A DNA stretch of 64,000 bases from Bigelowiella natans CCMP2755 (Eukaryota; Protista; Cercozoa): assembly GCA_000320545.1 (NCBI GenBank), contig ADNK01000140.1, forward strand, positions 1 through 64,000, in the 5' to 3' direction. A program made the translations under genes and the position numbers. The notes beneath the pieces were generated by a model. That model saw only the letters and a list, made by a program, of their open reading frames with translations. It was not told the origin of the DNA and did not search any database. Shown piece by piece: positions 1-12,931 of this stretch. Within the stretch, counting starts at the first letter, position 1, and the number at the start of each line of letters is the position of its first letter.

Positions 1-345
1 TCAAACACACAATCCCTTATTACATCTCATCTTATGTGACAAACTCGTTTTCCAGCTCCGTGCTTCTCCTCGTTCTTGGAAAAGCAGATTATTACATACC
101 ATGGTTCACGGGATAGAAAGATGTTATGGCCCCAAATGCCATTATGGTGAGGTACAGAGATCGAGGACGACCAGCTGTCAGGAGGGGGGGGGATGGAGGG
201 AGGGGGAGAGGAGAGAGGAAGAAGAAAAAGCAGAAGAAAAAGCAGAAGAAGAAGAAGAAGAAGAAGAAGAAGAAGAAGAAGACAACAACTAAAGTTACCA
301 ATCACGGCAACAATTCTTACCCAACTAATGATAGATAGAAGAGAT

Positions 346-392
<47 letters not shown>

Positions 393-1946
393 GAGAAGAA
401 CATCGGGGGAGAACGGATGAAATTTGATAACAAGAGATTTTTAAATTTTCCATTCTGTTAGAGCTCACTTACATCCAAATGTATATCCGCAATCGAAGAG
501 GAATGCCAATATTGATATGCACATCAATATGACCAGCAAAAGTAGTCCTGCTCCCTGTGTAAGGTAAAAATGAGAAAATAAGATAATGAGAAATAATTCT
601 AAAACTCTACATGGCCAAACTCAAGGAACCATGTTTGTCCAAATGCTATGAATTGCTGCAGCGTGTTGGGTTTTCCTGCTTCTTATGTTTCTTCTTTCTT
701 CGGCTTCACCTCAGTTGTAGCCACGACGTATTCGAACCAAACCCAGTTATCTCCTTCCTATTTGAAGTAAATTGTATATTAGTAGTAAGGCTGTTGGTTC
801 CCTATGAGGGGGAGGTATGGCGGAGGAAGCATGCAGGTGAAGATAGAAACTAGCAAATAACCAGCTCTTTTCTATATTACCGTAAAACCACCACAGTTAT
901 ATTCCTTTCTTGCATCATGATGGACTCTTCTACTGTTTTGTTACAATTGCGTTTGTGTTATGATGTAAACAACTACCTTGGGCGGCACACAGTATGCGTG
1001 ATCCCCAAAAGCGCATGGACGATGTGCGAAGTTATTTGCGACCGCGATGATATTCAAGATGAATCTTGCAAGAGTGAAGAGGAACAGCCTTGAAAGCATA
1101 CATATAATACACAATCAAACAAAGGCAATCACGTGGCAAAAAGAAAAAAACGTAGTTATATTAATGAAGGTGGCGATTGAGGTGTTGATGATGTTGATGG
1201 AAATGATGGATATTGTAACGATAGGATAGGTGATGTTAATTACCCCCATTCTATCCAAAAGAGCCCGTTGTAGCAGCTGGCGAGAGGGGCTAGGGGACTC
1301 TTCCATTGGTCAATAACTAGTTGTCGTACCTTAATAATAATGATGAAGAATGAAGAAAGATAGAGCAAAGAAAGATAGAGCGAAGAAAGAGGAAAGTCAA
1401 CCCTTCTTAACCTGCCAGCATAGTCGAATACTCAGACGCTGCTGCTGCTACTATACACTCCTCTACTAAATTGAGTAGACCTCGTCAAGCGACCGAATGC
1501 GCCCCGTCATTATGCTACGCTGAGACCTTAAGACACAAATTTCAAAAATTAGAATATCTCCTAGCGACATAACTTAATTCTATGGAGTGGAAAGCAGCAT
1601 GTTGGATGCTTTAATCTTTGTTCTTATTTCTCATGAACCAAATAATACCTATATATTCCCGTTACCTTAGTTGTTTTTCCACCACTCGAAAAGTCTCGTT
1701 TTCTGAAAGCCATTGAGGGTACGCCGGCATACCGAATCGCCTTTTGAGGTGCATCTTTTGGTGCTGACGACGACCCCTCAGCTCCATCATGTGCAAGTGA
1801 GAACGTGGGGTCGCCATTCCCACTCTTCTTCAAAAAGAGTATCGGTGATATGGGTACTAAAAAACGATATTGTAGAAGAGGGGAGAGACAAGTAGGTATA
1901 CTCCTTCCCTTTCTTCGTTTGTTAGTCCTCCTTCCGAGAGGGGGAG

Positions 1947-1992
<46 letters not shown>

Positions 1993-2381
1993 GAGAGAAA
2001 GAGAGAGAAAGTTGTTTGATAATGAATTAAGATGATGATAATGATGATGATGAAGATTACGATGTTTCTCCATATAATTATTTATCTAAATCGTACTTAC
2101 TTTACTACTTGGATAATACCAAGTCAGATGCGGAGTCAAACCAGTCTATTATATACCATTATTTCTTAGATATATTGCTATATAAATTTGGCCATAATAC
2201 CAAAAGCAGCACAATATTGTTGTTGTTTTTGTTGTGGGTTGTTGTCGATTACTCGGATTACAGCCACGTATTTCACTCTCCCCACCCACCCACCCACCCA
2301 CATAATCGGATCTTGTAAAGACGAAGCAGATTCAGGTGGAGGGTCATCAGAATGTCCATGTGGAAGAGGTTTTGAGCGCAT
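1..2381 (-). CDS. Multi-exon gene of unknown function, probably a membrane protein; 3' end runs off the window
   Basis: Exon-like segments with splice boundaries: ~465-545 (GAGLLLLVILMCISILAFLFDCGYTFG, then GTAAGT donor), ~100-178 (GRPRSLYLTIMAFGAITSFYPVNH, then GTATGT donor), ~1245-1315 and ~1630-1935. The start at 2381 is a guess. Confidence 0.45.
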
Positions 2382-2404
2382 TGTTGCTACTGTTGGGTCC
2401 TCTC

Positions 2405-4079
2405 ATGAGTATGGCAACTATTATATCTCTGATGGGCTGCTCTACTATGAGACCACGGGTATTTATTGTTCCTTTTCCAGTATGGTTTTCAATGCAGTGG
2501 ATTCTCTCAATAACTTACACGACTGACTATTACCCTCTAGGTACTCTGCACTTTTGCAGCAAGTCTGTTGGCATTGTTAATAACTCCTGTGGCAGCATCC
2601 CTTGATCGTCCTCTGTCCTGGCAACCATCGTCGTCGTCATCATCATCATCATCATCATCATTATCATCAATTCCTGCGACATATCGAGGCCGACATGTTC
2701 GCATAAATGGAAAAACTTCATGGTGCCAGCGACGACGACAACGGCAAGAGCCCCGATTAAGAGATTTAAGCCGTAGTCGCCTGATCGTGAATGCCAAAGA
2801 TACGAGGAGTGAAATGTTTCATCGGGAATCATCATCACTGACGACATCCCAAGAAGAAGGGGACGGAAATCCGAAGATTGTTCAATTTGTTCTGAAAAGC
2901 AATCGGGATTATGACGAAAATGGTGAGTCTGGAAAAGTGAGACAGAAAGCTGGACCAGAGGAAGCATTTCAAGCAACAGAGAACGATGACGTATCAGCAA
3001 GTGGCGTCATGAATACCGCTTCTTCTACTACTGCTACAACTTCCAAAGGCGATGCTCCTGCTACTACTAATGCTGCCGCTGCTACAGCTGCTGCTGGTAC
3101 CGCTGCAGCAGCTGCTTCAGTAGCAGCCAGCATTTGTGGCGGTATATGTGTTGGAGGAGCATGTCAGCTTGGAGCTGGAGCAGTGGCTACTGCTTCAGGG
3201 GGTTCATTACTAGCTTCGCTCTCATCGTTTGCAGCAACTACATTAGCGACTTTGATCGGTGGAGGTGCTATTCTTGCCCAAGTACTGAGAAGCATAATGA
3301 AGAAACATACAGTCTCTAACTTCCACATACGGAAAATTATATACACATGCAGTGTTTATCACCGTTCATCCAAAGACACACGCACGCACGCACATACGAC
3401 TCACGACCTACGTACTAAACGACAAGAGTTTTAGAGTAAACGGGGAAGTTACTATTATTAACAAAAATCAAATTTGAATAGGGTCCCATATCATCATCTT
3501 CTGCTATGAATATATTTGAGAGACTGGAAGCAAATTCTGTCAAATACAATCAACATCTAGTTGCACAAAACCGACCGGCTGTTCTTGAGGTCAATCAGAG
3601 AGTAATACGTATAATATTTAGAGAATTACTTGCAAGATTTCGAACCCCTTTACTGATACTGATAATAATTCAGTATTAATAACTATCGATGAAAATGCCA
3701 TTAGATATATTCACACAACTGTCCCGTATGTGCAAAGACGGGCAAATCTGCCTTAAAAGCAATACAAAAATTCCATAGCGGTACGTGATAATATATAATT
3801 ATTCGTAGTTCTCAATCATTATTTTTCTCTCTTTCCCTTTGTGATATTCTTTGTCATATTTCTTATTATTACTTCTATTACCATCTACATCAGATGTAGA
3901 CTGGGTGATGGTAGACGGTATGGATCCAGAGAACTTTCCGTTAGTTCAGGTGATTCCACGAAATAATATTACTCACTCAGTCAAGTGTAAAAGATTTTAT
4001 CTTATGTATTATGTAGGAGTACAATGTGGATTCCATTCCTCACTTCGTGTTCCTTGGTACCGATGGTTCTATCATGGTA

Positions 4080-4114
<35 letters not shown>

Positions 4115-4469
4115 TTGTCGTTATTGTTTCCAGCACCTCTTTATCGATCTTCTTTCTTTGTGCCTCCCGTTTCACAATTCTAATTTAATACTTATTCAGG
4201 GGGAAGCTGTTGGAGATGTACCTGAAAAGCTTCTGCTTGAGAACACAGATGCCTTGGCGCACAATAAAAAAGTACTACCGAATCCCACGTTTGCAAAGTG
4301 TGACAATGCGAAAAAGGTACTCCATTTCTTTTGTAGTTGTCATTATTCATCTCAGTAACATGAAACATTCTCATCTTAGGAAATTAGAAATATCCAATTG
4401 AATTCAGCTTTGCAGAAAATGAAACAAGCTGCAAAACAAGCTCCAGGGGCTAGTATTTTGTCTGAGTGA
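2405..4469 (+). CDS. HCF164: HCF164/TxlA-like membrane-anchored thioredoxin with a bipartite (signal plus transit) leader
   Basis: Phase-consistent exons 2405-2458, 2541-3281 and 3482-~3588, then four more and a last exon 4416-4469. They give MSMATIISLMGCSTMRPRVLCTFAASLLALLITPVAAS..., a hydrophobic anchor, NRPAVLE-IYSHNCPVCAK, DVDWVMVDGMDPENFPLVQ, EYNVDSIPHFVFLGTDGSIM and GEAVGDVPEKLLLENTDALA. This matches the HCF164 pattern (PTVVEFYADWCEVC...GIPHFAFL...G.LP...L.EN.NALA) from memory. Confidence 0.75.
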
Positions 4470-4549
4470 GAAGCAACTTTTAAACGACTTCTGATTCAGA
4501 TGGCAACATATTTAGACGATGATTTACATTCATCCGTACTATGTACTTT

Positions 4550-5240
4550 CGTATCAAGCATATAGTGCATGGTATGAATTTTAATCCTTGAATCAATGAT
4601 AGAGCTATGCATGCATGCCTACATTAATTAAATAATATATTAGTAGATGATTGACCGAAAGTTTTTACTAGGCTATCTTCTGATAAAGCATCAACATGGA
4701 GCACTAGAGCACCGCCATGAAGCATAAGCAATTATGTAATAGCGCATCTACAATGCTCATGCTGTCTACATGGCTTATGTTGAAACATTTTACATTGTTT
4801 CCAAGAAACTGCTAAGCGACAAACAGCAAAAGGTTACTCTTGTTTCGGCTGAAGAGCAAAAATTACTAGTCGGTATCAACCGGTAGCTAAATCGTCGTAC
4901 ATGCGCCACATCACGTTGCGCATCGCATGGTAGTATTCTAAAGGTATTGAACAAAGACATGTCACAGCCATGCTACCACGCATGCAACTACACATCAGCT
5001 ACATTTCATCGCGTTTGTTTATTTTGTCTACATTGCTGAAGCGGTGCAGGCATGAATGTCTATTTGCTTACGAGCGTGCGTGAGGTAAGAAAGTTTCACA
5101 GGTGCGCATTTTTTATCATTCTCATCATGTCCACATCGGATCGATTCATTTCCGTGTTTGACCATGAACGTCGGCAATGTAACGTGAAAAATACAACCAG
5201 CTAGCTAGTCATATAATACCACATGCAGTATGACTTGATT
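4550..5240. other. Palindrome-rich intergenic spacer A between convergent 3' ends
   Basis: No long ORF or microsatellite. Many CATG/TGCA/CTAG words, e.g. ATGCATGCAT at ~4608 and AGCTAGCTAG at ~5200. Confidence 0.6.
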
Positions 5241-5304
5241 TTAACAAAATGGAAACATCCTTTACACAATCCGTTCTTGATGTTGTTCGTAGCCTCCATT
5301 GTCA

Positions 5305-6831
5305 TTACAACTTTGAGCGAACGACATTTCTAGGAGGAAATGGACCTTGACTCAGATTATGCGTCAACCCTTTCTCCACTTTCTTAGCCAATGACTTGTC
5401 ACCCTTTAACTCATCATACCACTTTTGAGTTCCTTTCCAATCTTCTTCATTTCGTGGATATATTTGTTTGACCCTTTTGCGTCCTTTAAGAACGATATTG
5501 TGGACACGGTCTTTTCGGTGTTCCACGTATCTCTTCAGAGCATCCAGGACAGACACGTTCGACGTTTGTAGCATGTACGACAAAACCTGCGAGTCTTCTA
5601 GAGCTAAAGCCCCTCCCTGTCCCATGACAGGCAAAGTTGGGTGTGCTGAATCACCCAATAGCACAACTCTACCGCGGTTGAATGTTGGTAGGGCGTCTAT
5701 ATCACAGATAGGAATTCGGTTGCAAGACCGCTTTACATCGATCGAGTTTATTAAATTTTGCACCCTTTTAGGGAAATTTTTAAATAAAGTCTTGAGTTCA
5801 TCTCTCATAGCCTCGCTGGCTCTCGGAGGTGGGGTGTTGTTTTCAGGTAAAGGAGCACCCATGAAAAAGTAGAATCGGTCTTTTCCAACAGGCATCAGGG
5901 AGGCACGTTTTCCTTCGCCCACCCACATTATCCATTCATTAAACTTTCCGAGATTAGGAGACATCTTCACCAAGCCATTCCAGTTTGTATAGCGGTAGAA
6001 AATGGGAAGTTTCTTTCCAATGACATATTCGCGTACCATAGAACGAATGCCATCGGCTCCAATCAGGATATCTGCTACAGCGGAACGGCTTCCATCATCG
6101 AACACTGCATACACCTTGCTGTTTTCATCATTCGGATTTACTCTTTCAATTTTCTTGCATGTCTTTCCCAAAGAAAGTTGCCCCCCCGTGGATTTGTACG
6201 TGTCCATGAGAAGCTGTTGAAGGTATCCCCTTGCGATAGGGTACCCACGCTCTCCTAGTTTTTGGAACATCGGGTTCAGGTCAAGATTCACCAAGGGTTC
6301 ATCCATTTTGCTGTGATATATCATCTTATCCATCTGGCCTCCGTGCTCTTGCATTTCCTTGCCAAGACCCAGACTGTTCATAACTTTAACTCCGTTAGTC
6401 CATAGGGAGATAGCGGCACCGATGGGCAGGATCTCCTCCGCCCGTTCATACACATGCACCTTATACCCAATACGTCTGAGAAACACTCCGCAAGAGAGTC
6501 CTCCAATGCCGCCACCAATTATCACCACGCTCAGATCGAACATCGCCAAAGCAGTCTTAGGGGGTGGGTTTGATTGTGTGGCACGTGTCCACGTTGAGAC
6601 CTTGTTTTTCCAACCGGATTTCCGAAAAAAAGAGAAAAAAGAAGAGCGTTTTTCCCTGTCAAGCTTTTCTGGAGGGATTTCCTGATTTCGCCGAATTCCG
6701 TTCGGACGAAGTCCATTGAAGAAGATATCGAAATAGCCTTTGTCGTATTCTAGAAACCGTCTATATTTGGTGTCCAGAAGAGATGTTGTCGTAGGTAAAG
6801 TATGGACTGCATTTTTGTTGTTCGTAAGCAT
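5305..6831 (-). CDS. hpxO: HpxO-type FAD-dependent urate hydroxylase (flavin monooxygenase), intronless, C-terminal PTS1 (SKL)
   Basis: 508-aa ORF with GGGIGG FAD motif, PIGAAISLWTNGVK, GADG, YTNWNGLV, WVGEGKRASLMPVGKDRFYFF, GDSAHPTLPVMGQGG and WYDELK. These follow the bacterial HpxO motif series as recalled. It ends RSKL-stop. Confidence 0.85.
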   Translation of the reverse strand: MLTNNKNAVHTLPTTTSLLDTKYRRFLEYDKGYFDIFFNGLRPNGIRRNQEIPPEKLDREKRSSFFSFFRKSGWKNKVSTWTRATQSNPPPKTALAMFDLSVVIIGGGIGGLSCGVFLRRIGYKVHVYERAEEILPIGAAISLWTNGVKVMNSLGLGKEMQEHGGQMDKMIYHSKMDEPLVNLDLNPMFQKLGERGYPIARGYLQQLLMDTYKSTGGQLSLGKTCKKIERVNPNDENSKVYAVFDDGSRSAVADILIGADGIRSMVREYVIGKKLPIFYRYTNWNGLVKMSPNLGKFNEWIMWVGEGKRASLMPVGKDRFYFFMGAPLPENNTPPPRASEAMRDELKTLFKNFPKRVQNLINSIDVKRSCNRIPICDIDALPTFNRGRVVLLGDSAHPTLPVMGQGGALALEDSQVLSYMLQTSNVSVLDALKRYVEHRKDRVHNIVLKGRKRVKQIYPRNEEDWKGTQKWYDELKGDKSLAKKVEKGLTHNLSQGPFPPRNVVRSKL

Positions 6832-7049
6832 GGTTTGTCTCCCAACAAGCTGGCAACAACATGTGCAGTAAAGGAAGAAGAATAACGAGGCATGGGTGAT
6901 GATGATGATGGGTTTGGGTTATTTAGGGTTAGCTCTAGGGGGGTGCTATGCCACGACACTTTGTGCACTACTAATACTACTACTACTAACACTACTAGAA
7001 TATCTGCTGCTTCTGATGACGACACTCTGCTTGCTGCACACTAGCATGA

Positions 7050-8241
7050 GAGAGGAACTCTACTTCAAACAGATTCGTGTGTTTTTTGAACACACCTTCC
7101 CTGCCTTGACGCCCGACCCAGGAAGAACTCAAACGCCAGGGTCCTTTCTCTCTCTTGTGGCAACATATTAAAAGTATAAAGAAGGCACAGTATGGCCAGT
7201 GCACATACAGCAGCGGCAGTAGTTGCTGGAAAATATGAAGTGCGTTTATACGGAATAGAAGTTCAAGACCTGCAGTCGATTGGAGTTCACGGAAAAAGGA
7301 AGACTAAGAAGATATTTGCGGTCATCAATTTCGACCAATTTCGTGGAGCAACGACATCGGTACTACACTATAAATTGAAATTATCCTAAACGTATGACAT
7401 GAATATGTTGTTTAGAGCGTAAGATACTTCGGGCGTGCAGTGAAGGTTCCATTGGATTTGCGATTCAACTATTCTACTCAGTTCGCGCATAGACTGCGGT
7501 CAAAGTTTTGCAGTATACAAATCAAATCAAAAGGTCAATCTCTACAGCACTACATCACTTGCTGTTTCTGCTTTCGTATTCTCTAGTCGTTGTCCCTCAA
7601 ATCAATTCGAACAATAACGACGCTATCGTATCGTGAACCAGGTCTGTTCTCGTCGGAAAGCATTGGCTTTGTCCGTGTTGACCTCCACACCTTACTAACA
7701 GGGCCTATAAACCATAAATTGACCATTTGGAGTCGAAATGCACCCGTTGGTATTGTTAGCTTCAAATTGGAAATGAAAGAAATCGTCAACCTCTGGGTGC
7801 TGCAAAACAACATCATTCTCGACTACTTAAGTACATCCATAATGAAGTCTGAATATGGATATGTTGTCTCTGTTACCAGGTAATCTTGAAGAACGTATCA
7901 GTATCTAATATTCCCAAATTGAAGAATGGGAGGGACGCATCCGTATTTCTTCGGGCATCGATACCAGGCTTCAAAGGTGTAACCACCAAGGTACTGGTGG
8001 TAGTAGTAGGATACTAGGGGTGGTAGGAGTAGTAGTAGTAGTGACAGTTGGAAAGTGGTAGTAGTAGTAGTAGTAGCTAAAATGCAATAAATAAAAAAGA
8101 ATTCTGACAAGCTTTTCTACTTACTTGCTACCATTGTTTTCTTCAGGTAGAAACACCACTCGCAACAGAAACCAGAAATGCAGGTAGTAGTCGCACACAT
8201 AATACGTTCTTCACTATGAATTTTATCGTCAAGACTCTTAA

Positions 8242-8277
<36 letters not shown>

Positions 8278-8902
8278 AGAGTGGCACATGATTGAGAAGT
8301 TACGATTCAAGACTTGCTTCCATGAGATCATGTTTTCAAACGTGGAAATGCAGCTAGAGATCATTGCAGCAGGTGGCTCCCAAATGGCAACAGTGAGCTT
8401 GCCATTGAGGAATCATGCACGGTACGACTACCACAAGATGAATAAATGAATGAATGAAATACTCATGGCAGAAAAGAAGAAATAGTGAGTAATTCTCCTT
8501 ATTAAGTACTTGAAAAAGTAATTTATACGTTATAGTCTTTTCATATATGGGGTTGATTCAATGTAGTAGTAGTAGTGATAGTAGTAGGAAGAGTGACGTC
8601 AACCAATTTGACACATACATATGTATGTACTTCGTGGAAGTAAATCAAACGAACAAGTGAGGAGGGATTAGTCTTTTTCTACATGTTCTCCTGTTTCTTG
8701 TTTTACTCTCCTGTATTATGATGTTAAAATATGGTATCATAATCATCATCATCATCATTATCTGTCAATCAGCTTCAACGATGGAGAGGTAGTGAAGTTT
8801 CAAAGGCGTATGTACCTTGCTCAAAAGTATGCTGCTGTAGGACAACAACGGGAAGGAGGGGCTTGTAATAAAGCACTAAACTCAATGCTACTAATATTCA
8901 AC

Positions 8903-8978
<76 letters not shown>

Positions 8979-9179
8979 ATACACATGCTGATCAGATCAT
9001 GAAGCAGGCTCATCAGCTTCATCTTTGCTGCCTGTGGAAATCAAGGGCACGTTTTTTTACAAGAACTTCCCCAGCTCAGCACAGATGGTGTGCGGTGTGC
9101 ATACGGACACAGGTAGTAGTAGTAGTAGTAGTAGTAGTGGTATCAGTAGATGATAAAGGGTGGTGATTGTAGTTGGATG

Positions 9180-9211
<32 letters not shown>

Positions 9212-9919
9212 TTGTGTGTGACATTAGTAAAATGTTGAGAATATTTGTTTGTTTCTTATTTCGCCGAATGGATGCTGCATTAGTAAAATGTTGAGAATAT
9301 TTGTTTGTTTCTTATTTCGCCGAATGGATGCTGATGCGTAGGGATCGAAGACGCATTACCGGCGCATTTACAGTGCGTTCGCCCTCTTATTCGTGTATCC
9401 AAACGTGATTTAGCGAGGCGAAACTCAATGCCAGATAATATCACCAATAAACGTGGTAGTGATGATGTTGGTGGGTCTCCTATGACAGCAAAGGCAACAG
9501 TAGCGGCACTAGCACCACCGTGTACCGCTATCAATACTACTTCCACTACCATCTTAGCAACTCCTTCTGCTAACGATCTGCAAGGACAAATGAAGGACTA
9601 CTACTACGATGATGATGATGATGACAACAAGGAGGGGGAGGAGAAAAATGAGGAGGAATTAGTAATGATCAAGATGTTACAGCCTAGAGCCATAGTTGAT
9701 GATGACGATAGGAAAATACAGAGAAGGCGTGGAAATATCATTATCAATGATGACAAAGCCAGTTATAGTAGCAGCAAGGAGGTAATGTACATTATTGTGG
9801 AGTGTAAGCGATAGGCTACAGCTACTGCTGTGTACTGTTTTCATAAAATGACTCTGCATGATAATGATAACAATAATGTCGATAATTAACACAGTAAAAG
9901 AATATGATTTGTGCATTAT

Positions 9920-9972
<53 letters not shown>

Positions 9973-10072
9973 ACAAATAATGTGTGTGTATGTGTGTGTG
10001 TGTAAGTGGAGGATGTTGTCCTCTACCCGTGCTGCACGCCAGAGCAAGAGCGCGCTCGCACTCTCCCGCTCT

Positions 10073-10118
<46 letters not shown>

Positions 10119-10145
10119 ACACACACACACACATACACACACATA

Positions 10146-10183
<38 letters not shown>

Positions 10184-10327
10184 TCATACATTAGATTTAC
10201 TGATAATATGGTTCTGATCAATGAAACGGACACAGCATTACGCGAACAAATCGACGCCGGATATGATCTGTTGATGCTTAGCCCCAATCACCCGCTCCTG
10301 ATACGAACGTGGGAAGATATTGTAAAG

Positions 10328-10405
<78 letters not shown>

Positions 10406-12087
10406 CAAGAAGGACGACGATTACGACAATACACAGAAATTCAAACACTATCGTGGTACTACAGCATCATCAGCGAAAACTCATTCTTCTTCCTCCTTCT
10501 TCTTCTTCTTCTTCTTCATACGTTAGTGAGTATGTTGTACGAGTATCGTAGTAGTAATAGTAGTAACAGTAGTAGTAGTAATAGTAGTAGTAATTGTAGT
10601 CCTCTTCACCGTATGTAGTTTGAAGAACAACATATTATTTCCAACTATTCGTTATACATCATTCTTTCATTCTTTCTCTATGATAAAATGTCTACTACTA
10701 CTCCTTTCAGAGCACGGTCGTATTTATGACAACAATAGCCTTTCTGTTAACGCTGGAAGTTTCGAAGAACAGATAGAAGATGGTGAGAACAAAGAAACCA
10801 TCATTGTATCTCCTAGAAGGTAATCATCAACTACTATGTTTGTCACGTGATCCCTGTCACATTACTGAGTATATATCATCATTGACGTCAGAAGCGAAAA
10901 GAACAATATTATTATTCACCGGAAAGAAGTCGTTCTAAGTGACATCAATCCGGAAGGATGTAATGATGATGTAGAAAAGATAAACAGGAAGAATATGGCG
11001 AAGAAGATGAAAGAGAGAAAGAATAACGATGGGAAAGAACGAAGGAGGGATAGAAACGGAAGTAGTGAGAAGGAGAAGGAGCAGTTAGTCCCCTCATTGT
11101 TATCACCAAAGCAGCAGCAGCAGCAGCAGCAGCAGCCAATTAATACTACAAGACCTAGGTAATGATATAACATATTCACAGTATATCTATGCTATCTGGC
11201 ACCAATAAATACCAGCAGCAACACCTATAATCGTATGCCTCTGGTAGTACAATTTTGTCGGTTTTGATTGATTTATTTTCTCTTATGTTTATGATGAGCA
11301 TCTTGTGATCTGAATCTAATGATAAATCAATCATCCATAATAGCTTCAATAACTTCGCAAACATCAAACTACGTCAACCAAATTATTAATCAATCAATCA
11401 ATTAATATTCAGAAAAGACTCAGGACAATCTAGCTGCCGCTCACTGTAAGGGAGGGGAAGAGGAGGAAGAAGAAGAAAAAGAAGAAGCATGATATAGATA
11501 GTATTAAAATAGTGTACACAGCAAGACAGCCATCTTTTTGTTGTGGTAGTGCTCTATGGTCATGATCATCATCATCGTCATCATGAATATCATAATTATC
11601 ATAGTACCTATCTACTACTCACCTACATTCCTTCTCCTCCTACATGGCACAGATCTGAGAGTTCATCAGTCTTCACAATTCCTGGTTGAAATAATACAAT
11701 ATAAGGCACTAGCACTGATTCATTATAAAATCAATAGCATATGCTATACTCTTCTTCTTCTTCTTCTTCTTCTTCCTCATCTTCTCTGAATCAACAATCG
11801 ATAGAAGGACCTCCTCCCATACACCAGTTTCGCCGTGCAAGATCTTCTAGGTAGTACTATCTTCTTTATCGATTACTTCTGACTATGATCTTCATGATAT
11901 GAGAAAAGGAAGAATATAATCATTCTTCAGTAGTAGTATGTATGCGTGTATAGATGATATCTCCTTCGTTCAACCATGTCACAAAAAAGAACCAACACAA
12001 ATACAGAAACACACACACACACACACACACACACTCACTCACTCACTGATATCTGTCGTATACTGCCAGATAAGAAGATATTTGCAT

Positions 12088-12120
<33 letters not shown>

Positions 12121-12714
12121 CACATTTCCTCGTTTTTATGCTAGTTACTCTTCTTCCTCCTCCTCCTCATCATCGCTATTGTCTTTCCCTTCCCTTGGTA
12201 TTAGTGCGTATAAAAGTGATGAATCTGTAAAGTATTTTTACAATGCAAAGCTTGGACGATTTGAGCCACAACATCGTTCACGGCGTAATCGTACAAGGAA
12301 TTTGAACAGTAATGCTCCCCAATACCAGCAGCAGCAGCAGCGACGGGCTTTTACCCCTTTACCCCCTGCTATGAAGAAGAAGAGAGGAAACGCAGATGAA
12401 TTGATTGTTATCAGAGAAGCAAGGGCCTTCACAGGGGTAATAATCATATCTATCACCATAATAAGAATGATCAAATTTACTGTAAAATATTTTATTGTAT
12501 TCAATTGTATTGATTGATTGATTGATCATTTCTGAGATAACTAATTATTACCACAGCCTCGGTTTCGAAGTCGTAGTGTGAGTAGCTACCACACAACTAC
12601 AACAACTACTACTACTTCATCGCCTCTTGATGACGATGATGATGATGACCACAAAGAACAAGAAGAAGAAGGAGGAGATTCTATCGTTGCCTTCCCTTTA
12701 AAGATGATTCCATG

Positions 12715-12750
<36 letters not shown>

Positions 12751-12897
12751 CCACAGCAACACACCATTAACATCGTCATCATCGTCATCATCATCGTCGA
12801 GTATCATCTATCAATCGGCAGCAGAGAGAGAGAAAGTTGGCTCACAGAGCAGCAAAATAAAGGATATGATCGATTAATAGTATTGCTATCACAATTG

Positions 12898-12931
<34 letters not shown>

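Noticed and set aside
5468-6716. Plus-strand ORFs overlapping hpxO, and similar antisense ORFs within other long exons
   Set aside because: Antisense shadows of real coding sequence with no recognisable motifs.
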